Assembly (NCBI RefSeq): GCF_000527095.1
Contig: NZ_AZUN01000001.1
Span: 632,936-664,935 of the forward strand
DNA: 32,000 nt
Reading direction: 5' to 3'
Origin: Methylomicrobium lacus LW14
Lineage (GTDB): Bacteria; Pseudomonadota; Gammaproteobacteria; Methylococcales; Methylomonadaceae
The notes beneath the pieces were generated by a model. It saw only the letters and a program-made list of their open reading frames with translations. It did no database searches and had not been told where the DNA came from. This document shows positions 11,201 through 19,876 of this stretch, piece after piece (the stretch's first letter is position 1; the number at the start of each line of letters is the position of its first letter). The translations under genes were made by a program, and so were the position numbers.

Positions 11201-11983
11201 AAATACATCATGCTCAGGAATGCCGGCATCGGGCCGTTCGCTGCCGCGCAGGCAGCTTAGAAAAATCTTTGCCGAGGTGATCGAGTCTGCCGGTGGTTCG
11301 CTGCCGCGCAGGCAGCTTAGAAAAATCTGCGCATGCAGCAAATGCTAGATGAGTCGTTCGCTGCCGCGCAGGCAGCTTAGAAATTACCCATAGGCAAAGT
11401 CCATGCGTTAACCTTGTTCGCTGCCGCGCAGGCAGCTTAGAAAGCCTACCTGACCGTTCCAAATCGTTCGGCGAAGTTCGCTGCCGCGCAGGCAGCTTAG
11501 AAAAGTCTCGATATTCGGAAAGGCGCTCACGCTGCGTTCGCTGCCGTGCAGGCAGCTTAGAAATCTGATGCGGGCAATGTTACATCAGGAGAACCGTTCG
11601 CTGCCGTGCAGGCAGCTTAGAAAAATGATCCGATGGAACGACACCGCATCCGAGCGTTCGCTGCCGTGCAGGCAGCTTAGAAAGATCGCGTGTTGTACAG
11701 ATCCCAGTTCAGCCCGTTCGCTGCCGTGCAGGCAGCTTAGAAAACCGGATCGGCCAGGCGCATAAGGTGGTCTATGTTCGCTGCCGTGCAGGCAGCTTAG
11801 AAACATCTGGTCGATCCCCATGAACGTGCCGCGCCGTTCGCTGCCGTGCAGGCAGCTTAGAAAAACGCGCTGGAGGCAGTCACCGCGCCGTCCGGGTTCG
11901 CTGCCGTGCAGGCAGCTTAGAAAAGCGACGTCAACCGCGTCAACGCGATCATACCGTTCGCTGCCGCGCAGGCAGCTTAGAAA
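8293..11983 (+). CRISPR. Type I-F CRISPR array, 62 repeats and 61 spacers
   Basis: The 28-bp repeat is GTTCGCTGCCGCGCAGGCAGCTTAGAAA, with stem CTGCC/GGCAG. Counting directly gives 58 spacers of 32 nt and 3 of 33 nt; 62x28 + 58x32 + 3x33 = 3691 = the span. Seven repeats (11536-11923) carry C12T. 57 spacers are unique because four are duplicated. Confidence 0.99.
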
Positions 11984-12019
11984 TATGACGATGTATGAAT
12001 AGTTGACCTATGTTAGCCT

Positions 12020-12048
12020 CCGTTCCCCACGCCCGAGGGGATGAACGG
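12020..12048 (+). repeat. Solitary type I-E-like CRISPR repeat / hairpin (CCGTTCCCCACGCCCGAGGGGATGAACGG)
   Basis: This 29-nt element has the I-E repeat layout GTTCCCC-N-GGGGAT[GA]AAC. It lies 36 nt after the last I-F repeat and no further copies follow. The outer CCGTTC/GAACGG and inner CCCC/GGGG arms can pair. Confidence 0.5.
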
Positions 12049-12283
12049 ACGTTAAAAATTTTCCAATACTTGGCGTGATGGTAATTTTACAAATCCATTT
12101 TATAACAAATACTTAAGTAGTATCATAGAAAAAATTGCATGCCATTTTTGTTCAAAAACTGGCAAAACTTCAACGCCATTTTCAGCCACACCTTACTTAT
12201 AGGCTATTGCTTTATGTAGTACTAAGTACCATAATAAATTAAAATGGATCTTTATGTAGCCATCTTAAAACGGAGTTTTAGGC

Positions 12284-12690
12284 ATGAGGGTTTACAAAAC
12301 TAAATTTTTCGATAAATGGGCAAACAAAGAAGGCTTGAGCGATCAAGCACTTTGCAGCGCTGTTAATGAAATGTCCAGCGGCCTGTTTGATGCTGATCTT
12401 GGTAGCGGACTTTTTAAAAAGCGTGTCGCCGGGAAGGGAAAAGGCAAAAGCGGCGGGTTTAGAACCCTGGTGGCCACAAACAGAGGAGACCGCTGGTTTT
12501 TTATTTTTGGTTTCCCCAAAAACGCCGTAGTAATATCGACAAAGACGAAGAAAAGGCATTAAAAAAACTTGCCGATGAGCTACTGTCTTATACGCCAGTA
12601 GCCATTGAAAAAGCCCAAAAGGCAAGTCAACTAATTGAGGTGGAGTGTAATGAGAAAAACAAAGTCAATGATTCTGGAGGCCGTTCATGA
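12284..12690 (+). pseudogene. RelE/ParE-superfamily toxin (DUF1044/COG4737-like), frameshifted
   Basis: The N-terminal 80 aa (MRVYKTKFFDKWANKEGLSD...GGFRTLVATNRGDRWFFIFGFPKN) match the RelE-like family that pairs with COG2944 HTH antitoxins. After codon 12524 the frame is lost and the ORF stops at 12562. The expected continuation RSNIDKDEEKALKKLADELLSYTPVAIEKAQ... is in the frame starting at 12526 and runs to a TGA at 12688-12690. Confidence 0.7.
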
Positions 12691-12967
12691 AACAGCAAAA
12701 GGGCTGCATGATGCTGGCGTTATGGATAAAGTCACCATGCGCGAGTTTGACCAACTTTGTATACCGCCAGTGGACACCCTTTCACCGGAAGAAATCAAAC
12801 AGCTTCGTGAATCATTCAAGCTTAGCCAAGCTGTGTTTGCATCGATGCTGAACATCAAAACGCCCACAGTTCAAAAATGGGAAATTGGCGCCAAAAAACC
12901 AAGCGGAACTGCGTTAAAACTTCTGCGATTGGCCAAAACCAAGGGCATCGAAATCTTAATGGCCTAA
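12650..12967 (+). CDS. XRE-family HTH antitoxin (COG2944-like)
   Basis: It ends in an HTH region (LSQAVFASMLNIKTPTVQKWEIGAKKPSGTALKLL). The ATG at 12650 has GAGGTGGAG just upstream; the track's start at 12635 is a TTG. It overlaps the 3' end of the reconstructed toxin frame. Confidence 0.8.
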   Translation: MRKTKSMILEAVHETAKGLHDAGVMDKVTMREFDQLCIPPVDTLSPEEIKQLRESFKLSQAVFASMLNIKTPTVQKWEIGAKKPSGTALKLLRLAKTKGIEILMA

Positions 12968-13114
12968 TTATTCATAAAAGCGCCAGCGCGGCCGACTTCT
13001 TTGCCGGACTGGTTTTGTAAACCCGTCCGTATCGTTTCAAGTCATCGCTTAGCAAAGATGACGATCGCACGCTAAGCGCGCACAACTGGGAGCGATGCGA
13101 TAATACTGTCTGGA

Positions 13115-13663
13115 TTAATACAGTCCTAACTGCAACTGTGCGACCTCCGACATCATCTCGCGCGACCAAGGCGGATCGAGCACGACTTCGACGATCACAT
13201 GATCGACGCCGGGCAGGGCGCGGATGCACTTTTCGACATCGCTCTGGATCACCGGGCCCATGCCGCAGCCGGGCGCGGTCAAGGTCATGCGGACGTGCAC
13301 GTCGTTCAAGTGGTCATCGACCGGGGTGACCTTGCAGGAATACACCAGACCGAGATCGACGATGTTGACCGGGATTTCCGGATCGTAAACCGTCTTCATC
13401 ACTTCCCAGCAGTTTTTCTCGACCGCCTCGGGACTGGTGTCGGAAACCAGCGTATGCAGCTCGTGGGTTTCCTTGCCGAGCGCGTCGGCGTCGCTGCCGG
13501 CGATCCGCACCATGTGGCCGAACTGGGTCACGACCGTGTAATTGTTGCCGAGCGACTGATGAATCACGACCGTTTCGCCCTTTTTCAGGGTGTCGGGAAC
13601 GCCGTCCGGTATCGTAATGATGTTGACGTCGCGGGTTAGGACAAAGGCTTCTCGTTCAGACAT
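13115..13663 (-). CDS. sufT: SufT-like Fe-S cluster assembly protein (DUF59 domain)
   Basis: The product starts at MSEREAFVLTRDVNIITIPDG and includes YDPEIPVNIVDLGLVY and LTAPGCGMG (DUF59 signature). The track ORF 13115..14074 is an upstream read-through; the ATG at 13663 fits the family length of 182 aa. Confidence 0.8.
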   Translation of the reverse strand: MSEREAFVLTRDVNIITIPDGVPDTLKKGETVVIHQSLGNNYTVVTQFGHMVRIAGSDADALGKETHELHTLVSDTSPEAVEKNCWEVMKTVYDPEIPVNIVDLGLVYSCKVTPVDDHLNDVHVRMTLTAPGCGMGPVIQSDVEKCIRALPGVDHVIVEVVLDPPWSREMMSEVAQLQLGLY

Positions 13664-13671
13664 AAAGGTGG

Positions 13672-14400
13672 TTAGAGATGAAAGGTGCGCGCATCGATGA
13701 TTTGGCCGTTCACGCCGATGCTTTGCGAGCCGAAAAGATAAAGGTAAACCGGCGCAAGAGACTCCATGGAAGGAAACCTGCTGTTGTCCACGCCCGGATA
13801 GGCTTTTTTGTGCAGCGGCGAATCGACGGGGCCGGGCACCATGATATTGACCCGGATTTTGCCGAAGGTTTCGACTTCCTCGGCCAAGATGTGCGCCAGT
13901 CCTTCCAGCGCGCATTTGGACACGCCGTAGGCGCCGGAATAGGCCGGGGTGTTGCGGGCGGACGAGTCGGAGGTGAACACGATCGAGGCGTGCTCGCTTT
14001 TTTGCAGCACCGGCAACAACACCCGGCAGAGCAGGAACGGGCCGTTCAGGTTTACATTCAAGGCATGGCCCCATTCCTTGGTGCCGAGCAGCGACAGCGG
14101 GGTGAAACCGCTGAATTCGACCGCCGAATGCAGAATGCCTTGCAGCGCGCCGTATTTTTCCTCGATCCGATCCGCCAGTTCCTGAAAATCATTTTCAGTC
14201 GCGCCGGCCAGGTCGAACGGGTACAGGATCGGCTCGGGCGCGCCGGCCTCGACAATCTTGTCATAAACCGCTTCGAGTTTCGGAATCTTGTTGTCGAGCA
14301 GGATCACATGCGCGCCGTGCTTGGCCAGGGCCAACGCGGCGGTCGCGCCGAGACCGCCGCCTGCGCCGGTAATCAAAATCACTTGTTTGCTCAGCGGCAT
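13672..14400 (-). CDS. yciK: YciK-like short-chain dehydrogenase/reductase
   Basis: The product starts at MPLSKQVILITGAGGGLG (TGxxxGxG) and has the catalytic YxxxK motif (AYGVSK). 242 aa from the ATG at 14400; the longer track ORF is an upstream extension. Confidence 0.82.
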   Translation of the reverse strand: MPLSKQVILITGAGGGLGATAALALAKHGAHVILLDNKIPKLEAVYDKIVEAGAPEPILYPFDLAGATENDFQELADRIEEKYGALQGILHSAVEFSGFTPLSLLGTKEWGHALNVNLNGPFLLCRVLLPVLQKSEHASIVFTSDSSARNTPAYSGAYGVSKCALEGLAHILAEEVETFGKIRVNIMVPGPVDSPLHKKAYPGVDNSRFPSMESLAPVYLYLFGSQSIGVNGQIIDARTFHL

Positions 14401-15059
14401 AGATGCGCTCCTATCCAGTCGGTAATTTGCAGGGGCGATTCGATCACCGCGTCCGCGCCCCAGGTTTCCGGCAGGTCGCCGGGTTTCAGGTAGCCGTAGC
14501 GCGCGGCCAGCGTTTTCATGTTCGCGTTTTTGCTGGCCGCGATGTCGTGGCTGGCATCGCCGATATAGACGCAGCGCTCGGGGGCGACGCCGGCCTGCCT
14601 GCAGGCGGCCAGCATCGGTTCGGGGTGCGGTTTTTCGAAAGCGGTCGTATCGCCGCTGACGATGCAGGCGGCCCGGCCGGTCAGCCTCAATGCCGCCATC
14701 AAAGGAGTCGTGAAGCGCTGGCGCTTGTTCGTCACCACGCCCCATTTCAATCCCTGCGCCTCGATCTTGTTCAGGGTGTCTTCAATGCCGTCAAAAAACA
14801 CCGAGTGATCGGCGATGTGGTTTTCATAGCAATCGAGCATCGTGGCGAGCAATGCTTCCTCGGTGCGCTGATCGACCGCTTCGGTCAGGCTGGCCGCGAT
14901 CATCGCGCGGGCGCCGAACGAAATGAACGGCTTGACCTCGCTCTGGCTGGCCTCCGCAAAACCATGCTGAAGCAGGGCGCTATTCAGGCAGTGCAGCAGG
15001 TCCGGCGCGGTATCGACCAGGGTGCCGTCCAGATCGAACATGACGCAGCGAAGTCCCAT
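14391..15059 (-). CDS. gph: Phosphoglycolate phosphatase (HAD superfamily)
   Basis: It carries the HAD motifs MFDLDGTLVDT and YIGDASHDI. 222 aa, downstream of ubiG, a gene order I recall as common in Gammaproteobacteria. Confidence 0.85.
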   Translation of the reverse strand: MGLRCVMFDLDGTLVDTAPDLLHCLNSALLQHGFAEASQSEVKPFISFGARAMIAASLTEAVDQRTEEALLATMLDCYENHIADHSVFFDGIEDTLNKIEAQGLKWGVVTNKRQRFTTPLMAALRLTGRAACIVSGDTTAFEKPHPEPMLAACRQAGVAPERCVYIGDASHDIAASKNANMKTLAARYGYLKPGDLPETWGADAVIESPLQITDWIGAHLCR

Positions 15060-15065
15060 TGCCGC

Positions 15066-15773
15066 TTACTCGGGACGCCGGAAGGCGGCGATATAGTTCA
15101 CGTCGATGTCCTTGCCGAGACTGAAGCGCTTGCTGAACGGACTGTATTCGATGCCGACCATGCCTTGCAGTTCGAGGCCCGCGTGGCGCGCCGACTGGCA
15201 CAACTCGGACGGCTTGATGAAGGTCTTGTAGTCGTGCGTGCCTTTCGGCAGCATGTTCAGCACATGTTCGGCGGCAAAGATCGCCAGCAGATAGGCTTTC
15301 GGCTTGCGGTTCAGGGTCGAGAAAAACACCATGCCGCCCGGTTTGACCAGGGTCGCGCAGGCGTTGATGATAGAGCCGGGATCGGGCACGTGTTCGAGCA
15401 TTTCCATGCAGGTCACATGGTCGAAGCCGGCCGGCTGCTGCGCGGCCAGATCTTCGGCGCTGATTTTCCGGTACTGCGCGCGCACGCCGGATTCCAGCCC
15501 ATGCAGGTCGGCGATGTCGATCAATTCTTCGCTCAGATCGATGCCGAGTGCGTCCGCGCCTTCTTTGGCCAGGCCTTCGGTCAGAATGCCGCCGCCGCAG
15601 CCGATATCGACGATGTGCGCGCCGGCAATGTTGATAAAGTTCCGGATGAACTGGATACGCAGCGGATTGATGTCGTGCAGGGTCTTGAATTCGCCCTGCG
15701 TGTCCCACCAGCGCTCGGCTTTCGAGCCGAATTTGTTGATTTCGTGCAGATGCACGTTAGTTGAAGCAGTCAT
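15066..15773 (-). CDS. ubiG: Bifunctional 3-demethylubiquinol / 2-polyprenyl-6-hydroxyphenol O-methyltransferase UbiG
   Basis: The N-terminus (EINKFGSKAERWWDTQGEFKTLHDINPLR) and the SAM motif VDIGCGGGILTE are typical of UbiG. 235 aa. Confidence 0.9.
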   Translation of the reverse strand: MTASTNVHLHEINKFGSKAERWWDTQGEFKTLHDINPLRIQFIRNFINIAGAHIVDIGCGGGILTEGLAKEGADALGIDLSEELIDIADLHGLESGVRAQYRKISAEDLAAQQPAGFDHVTCMEMLEHVPDPGSIINACATLVKPGGMVFFSTLNRKPKAYLLAIFAAEHVLNMLPKGTHDYKTFIKPSELCQSARHAGLELQGMVGIEYSPFSKRFSLGKDIDVNYIAAFRRPE

Positions 15774-15841
15774 AAACGGTCGGATGATGGCTATAGTTTA
15801 GTATTTTACTAGGTTAATAATTTTGGGCAAATCAATTCTTA

Positions 15842-15902
15842 GGTGGGAGCGACGCCTACGTCGCGACTTGGCTCTAATCGCGACGTGGGCGTCGCTCCCA
15901 CC
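15842..15902. repeat. REP-like 25-bp inverted repeat (hairpin) between mtaD and ubiG
   Basis: GGTGGGAGCGACGCCTACGTCGCGA (15842-15866) pairs with TCGCGACGTGGGCGTCGCTCCCACC (15878-15902). There is one mismatch (G-U compatible) and an 11-nt loop. The element lies 3' of mtaD. Confidence 0.7.
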
Positions 15903-15928
15903 ATTGACTTACCTCACGACAGAATAAA

Positions 15929-17239
15929 TCAAGCGCTTAGCCGCTGCCGCCACTGACCGATTTTTTCGGTCAATGCGGCGAGATCGATCGTGGTCAGCTC
16001 GCGGTGTTTCAGCAGGCGTTTGCCGGCGACCCAGACATCGCTGACCTGACGGCGGCTGGCCGCATAGACGATCTGCGAGATCGGGCAATACAGGGGCTGG
16101 GTTTCGAGTTCGCTCAAGTCGACCGCGATCACGTCGGCCGCCTTGCCGATTTCGAGCGAGCCGGTTTCCCGGTCGATGCCGATCGCCTTGGCGCCATTGA
16201 TCGTCGCCATCTTCAAGGCCGTCATCGCGGGCAGGGCGCTCGCATCGTTCGCGACCGCTTTCGCGAGCAGCGCGGCGGTGCGCATTTCGCCGAATAGATC
16301 GAGATCGTTGTTACTGGCCGCGCCGTCGGTGCCGAGCGCGACGTTGACGTCGCGGGCGAGAAGCTCCGCGACCGGACAGAAGCCGCTGGCCAGTTTCAGG
16401 TTCGACTCGGGGCAATGCACGACATGCGCGCCGCTGTCCCGGAGCAGGTCCATTTCTTCGCCGGTCAGTTGCGTCATGTGCACCGCCATCAGCGACGGCG
16501 TGACCAGGCCCAGTTCATTCAGGCGCTGCAGCGGCCGCATGCCGGTTTTGGCCTGTTCCTGTTCGACTTCGTGGCGGGTTTCATGCACATGCATGTGCAC
16601 CGGCAATTCCAGTTCGTCCGCGAACATGCGGATTTTCTTGAGCGGCCCGTCCGAAACCGTGTAAGGCGCATGCGGCGCGAACGCGGTCGTGATCAACGGT
16701 TCGTGGCGTAATTGATCGTGCAGTGCGAGGCCTTTTTCGATATAGGCGTCGCCGTTTTCGGCCCAGACGGTCGGAAAATCGACCACGATCAGGCCGATGC
16801 TGGCGCGGATGCCGTGCAGGATCGCCTGTTGCGCCGCGACTTCCGGGAAGAAATACATGTCCTGGAAACAGGTCGTGCCGCCGCGGATCATTTCGGCGAT
16901 CGCGAGCTCCGTTCCGTCCCTGACGAAGGCTTCGCTGACCCAGCGCTGTTCGAGCGGCCAGATATGATGCTGCAGCCAGTCCATCAGATGCAGATCGTCC
17001 GCGATGCCGCGCAGCAGCGTCATCGCGGCGTGCGTATGGCAGTTGATCAGACCCGGTAGCAGCGCATGATCGGCGAGCTCTTCGACATGAGTTGCGGTGT
17101 ATTTTTGCCTGGCCAGTTCGGTCGGCAACAGGTCGACAATCCTGCCGCCGTCGATCGCCAGGCTGTGGTGTTCGTAGGTTACGGATTCGGGTTCAACGGG
17201 TATAATCCAGCGCGCGTGGATCAGGGTATCGACTTGCAT
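15929..17239 (-). CDS. mtaD: 5-methylthioadenosine/S-adenosylhomocysteine deaminase (TRZ/ATZ amidohydrolase)
   Basis: It has the amidohydrolase HxH motif (INCHTHAAM) plus HVHE and GTDGAASNN. I prefer the ATG at 17239 (MQVDTLIHARW), which has AAGGAA upstream, over the track's TTG at 17257. Confidence 0.85.
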   Translation of the reverse strand: MQVDTLIHARWIIPVEPESVTYEHHSLAIDGGRIVDLLPTELARQKYTATHVEELADHALLPGLINCHTHAAMTLLRGIADDLHLMDWLQHHIWPLEQRWVSEAFVRDGTELAIAEMIRGGTTCFQDMYFFPEVAAQQAILHGIRASIGLIVVDFPTVWAENGDAYIEKGLALHDQLRHEPLITTAFAPHAPYTVSDGPLKKIRMFADELELPVHMHVHETRHEVEQEQAKTGMRPLQRLNELGLVTPSLMAVHMTQLTGEEMDLLRDSGAHVVHCPESNLKLASGFCPVAELLARDVNVALGTDGAASNNDLDLFGEMRTAALLAKAVANDASALPAMTALKMATINGAKAIGIDRETGSLEIGKAADVIAVDLSELETQPLYCPISQIVYAASRRQVSDVWVAGKRLLKHRELTTIDLAALTEKIGQWRQRLSA

Positions 17240-17298
17240 GAGTGTTCCTTGAATCAAGCCGGGAATTATAACTTTTTACCAACCTATTTGACCAAATA

Positions 17299-18339
17299 AT
17301 GACGAAACAAATGAGATTATCTGTCGAAGCCTTGAAATGGGCCGGCGCTAAATTGCAGGTTCTGGATCAAAGAAAAGTGCCTGAACAGATCGTTTATCAG
17401 GATTTTGACACGGCAGCAGGCGTCAGCGAGGCGATCGCCTCGATGCGCGTGCGCGGCGCCCCGGCGATCGGCATTGCCGCGGCCTATGGCGTGGTGTTGT
17501 CGGTGCTGCGGCATACCGGTGAAAAGGCGCCGGATTGGCGGGCCAGGGTCGATGCCGATATCGACATGCTGGCCAAATCGCGGCCGACCGCGGTCAATTT
17601 GTTTTGGGCGTTGAACCGGATGAAGGCGGTGCTCGATGCGTCTCCCGCCGAACCGTTGGCGGCGGTTGTGGCCGAGGCCGAGCTTATCCATGCGGACGAC
17701 ATCGCCGCGAACCGGGCGATGGGCGAGCGCGGCGCGGATCTGATCGGCGGCGTCAAAGGTGTTTTGACGCACTGCAATGCCGGCGCCCTGGCGACCGGCG
17801 GCTACGGCACCGCGCTGAGCGTGATCCGTAGCCTGTACGCCCGTCAGGCGCTCAAGGTCTTTGCCGGCGAAACGCGGCCCTGGCTGCAAGGCGCGCGCCT
17901 GACCGTCTGGGAATTGTCGCAGGACGGGATCCCTGCGACCCTGATCGCCGATTCGGCGGCGGCCTGGCTGATGCGCTCCGGCGCGATCGACTGGGTCATC
18001 GTCGGCGCGGACCGAATCGCGGCGAACGGCGATGCGGCGAACAAGATCGGCACGTATGCGTTGGCGGTGTTGGCCAGGCAGCACGGCGTCAAGTTCATGG
18101 TGGTCGCGCCGAACTCGACGATCGACTGGACGATAGCGGACGGCAGCTGCATCGAGATCGAAGAGCGCGACCCGGCGGAGCTGTTGCCGGCCTGTTACCG
18201 CGAGCAGGAAACGCTGGTCAATGCCTGGAATCCGGTCTTCGACGTGACGCCGGCGGACTTGATCAGCGCGATCGTGACCGAAAGCGGCGTGGTATTGAAT
18301 CCGACCGCCGAAAGCATGGCGCGGTTGAAAATAGTCTAA
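17299..18339 (+). CDS. mtnA: S-methyl-5-thioribose-1-phosphate isomerase
   Basis: 346 aa with [18 protein letters not shown] and [19 protein letters not shown] motifs. It is divergent from mtaD; both are methionine-salvage genes. Confidence 0.88.
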   Translation: MTKQMRLSVEALKWAGAKLQVLDQRKVPEQIVYQDFDTAAGVSEAIASMRVRGAPAIGIAAAYGVVLSVLRHTGEKAPDWRARVDADIDMLAKSRPTAVNLFWALNRMKAVLDASPAEPLAAVVAEAELIHADDIAANRAMGERGADLIGGVKGVLTHCNAGALATGGYGTALSVIRSLYARQALKVFAGETRPWLQGARLTVWELSQDGIPATLIADSAAAWLMRSGAIDWVIVGADRIAANGDAANKIGTYALAVLARQHGVKFMVVAPNSTIDWTIADGSCIEIEERDPAELLPACYREQETLVNAWNPVFDVTPADLISAIVTESGVVLNPTAESMARLKIV

Positions 18340-18369
18340 TGCGCAATTTAAATCTTGGGGGTATTGCTG

Positions 18370-19116
18370 ATGGCATTCGTTCAACGAGGAAATAATCCGT
18401 TACTGGCGATCAAATCTTTCGCGCAGGGAGTCGGCCTGCTGGGTAATCCGAAATTGCGAAAATTTGTCCTAATTCCGGTTTTGATTAATTTTTTAGTGTA
18501 TGGCGTCGCCTTCGCGCTCGGTTATTACTATCTTGCCGATATCATCGACCAATTCATTCCGGGCTGGCTGCAATGGCTGCGCTGGATATTATGGCCGCTG
18601 TTTTTTATCAGTTTCTTTATCGGCGGATTCTTTACCTTTACGGTGCTGGCCAATTTAATCGCGGCGCCTTTTTACGGCATGCTGTCGGCGGCCGCGTTGG
18701 CGATACTCAGCGGAGAGTCGGCAACGATTACCGAAGCGCCCTGGCCAAAGGTGATCAAGGCCGAATTGAAACGAGCGGCCTATTTGGGAAGTCGTGCCAT
18801 ACCGCTGGTGATATTGTCGATTATTCCGGGTATTAATGTGCTTGCGCCGGTATTGTGGGCATTATTCGGCGCCTGGGGCATGGCATTGGAATATATGGCT
18901 TATCCGCTGGAGAATGCCGGTATCTTGTTTTCCGAGCAACGCAAGTTGATCGGCAGTGTCCGCTGGGGGGCTTTGAGTTTTGGCGGGCTGGCGGCGGCAG
19001 GGCTGGCATTGCCGCTGATTAATATCGTCGTGGCGCCGGCGGCGGTGATTGGTGCGACGATTTATGTGCGCGAACTCGAAACTAATCGAGCGCAGACGGA
19101 TATTGAGGCGGCCTGA
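18370..19116 (+). CDS. cysZ: Sulfate transporter CysZ
   Basis: A multi-TM protein with a CysZ-like N-terminus (FAQGVGLLGNPKLRKFVLIPVLINF...). I use the ATG at 18370 rather than the track's TTG at 18355. Confidence 0.8.
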   Translation: MAFVQRGNNPLLAIKSFAQGVGLLGNPKLRKFVLIPVLINFLVYGVAFALGYYYLADIIDQFIPGWLQWLRWILWPLFFISFFIGGFFTFTVLANLIAAPFYGMLSAAALAILSGESATITEAPWPKVIKAELKRAAYLGSRAIPLVILSIIPGINVLAPVLWALFGAWGMALEYMAYPLENAGILFSEQRKLIGSVRWGALSFGGLAAAGLALPLINIVVAPAAVIGATIYVRELETNRAQTDIEAA

Positions 19117-19127
19117 GGCCGCCTCAA
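19103..19127. terminator. Possible bidirectional hairpin between convergent cysZ and the H-NS-like gene
   Basis: This is a perfect 11-bp palindrome, TTGAGGCGGCC-tga-GGCCGCCTCAA, that spans the cysZ stop codon. Neither side has a clear U-tract, so terminator function is uncertain. Confidence 0.35.
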
Positions 19128-19150
19128 TAGGATCAAGTTAACGAATACCG

Positions 19151-19465
19151 TTAAACTTTAAACTCGGAGCTGTCGTGGCCCTGGTCGATCAGGGCGCGCA
19201 GCCATTTCGGCATCATGCCGCGGCCGGTCCAGATTTTATCGGGATCATTAGGATGGCGATATTTGACCGGCACTTTAACGCCTCTGCGAGGCGATTTCTT
19301 ATCGATTTCGGTAATTTCTACCGAAACATCGATCGAGGCTGCCAGTTCTTTAATCTGGGCAATAATTTCCTTGCGGTGATTCACAAGTTTGTTTTTCAAT
19401 GCCTTCTCGGCATTGTCGATAACGGTTTGTAATTCGTTCAAGGAGAGGTTCTGATAATCGTTCAT
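19151..19465 (-). CDS. H-NS family nucleoid-associated protein
   Basis: 104 aa. It has an N-terminal coiled coil and a C-terminal DNA-binding motif (YRHPNDPDKIWTGRGMMPKWL). A 410-bp AT-rich region lies upstream. Confidence 0.85.
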   Translation of the reverse strand: MNDYQNLSLNELQTVIDNAEKALKNKLVNHRKEIIAQIKELAASIDVSVEITEIDKKSPRRGVKVPVKYRHPNDPDKIWTGRGMMPKWLRALIDQGHDSSEFKV

Positions 19466-19876
19466 AATTTTGATAGGGCATAAAAATTCAACAAGCGCTG
19501 AATTATAACATAAGTAATAACGGACTTTAAATACCCTATTATAATTTTAGGGCTATCAATAACGCCAGTCATCAGTATTTATTTGGAAAACTTGACCGTT
19601 CTCAATACCAAAGACTCTTTTCGGTATTACTTTGTTCAATAGTCATGCTGGATGAGGCGAGTGTGGAGGGTTATTATTCGACAAGCGAGATTTCGTATTG
19701 GGCGCATGGCTTAATAATTTAAGCGCGCATTAATGTTGTTATGCTAAGAAAATATATTCATGACCAAGTCCAGGGTTTTATAACGCCACCCGTAATACTT
19801 CAACGCATCAATGGACAGCACTCGATAGCCGTTCCAAAAGAAAAACGCGCTTGATTGTCAATACCGGAGAATAGGT

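Noticed and set aside
8321-11955. A search for self-targeting spacers, meaning a spacer that matches the IS630, the island genes or other parts of this window.
   Set aside because: I found no match by eye, but a visual scan of 57 unique spacers against 32 kb on both strands is not reliable. It needs a computed search against the full genome.
8387-12002. About 20 ORFs of 60-200 aa on both strands across the array (recurring VRCRAGSLE, SLPRRQLRK, FLSCLRGSE and SKLPARQRT peptides).
   Set aside because: They are translations of the 28-bp CRISPR repeat in different frames, and their periodicity equals the repeat-spacer unit. They are not genes.
12100-12262. Short palindromes and repeats upstream of the toxin gene (TACTTAAGTA at about 12112, GTACTAAGTAC at about 12219, CTTTATGTAG twice), which could be antitoxin operators.
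   Set aside because: The elements are short (10-11 nt) and lie in AT-rich DNA, which is not enough to call operators.
13664-14745. N-terminal extensions of the track ORFs 13115..14074 and 13672..14745 (Arg/Pro-rich leaders).
   Set aside because: The extensions run through the upstream genes in another frame and have no family similarity. The internal ATGs at 13663 and 14400 give proteins of canonical length that start with recognisable N-termini.
14403-15764. A 453-aa ORF antisense to gph and ubiG, plus similar antisense ORFs at 17317..18384 (opposite mtnA), 407..1057 (opposite cas1), 13678..14493 and 24169..24693.
   Set aside because: These are shadow ORFs of GC-rich coding regions. The opposite-strand genes carry clear family motifs and these do not.
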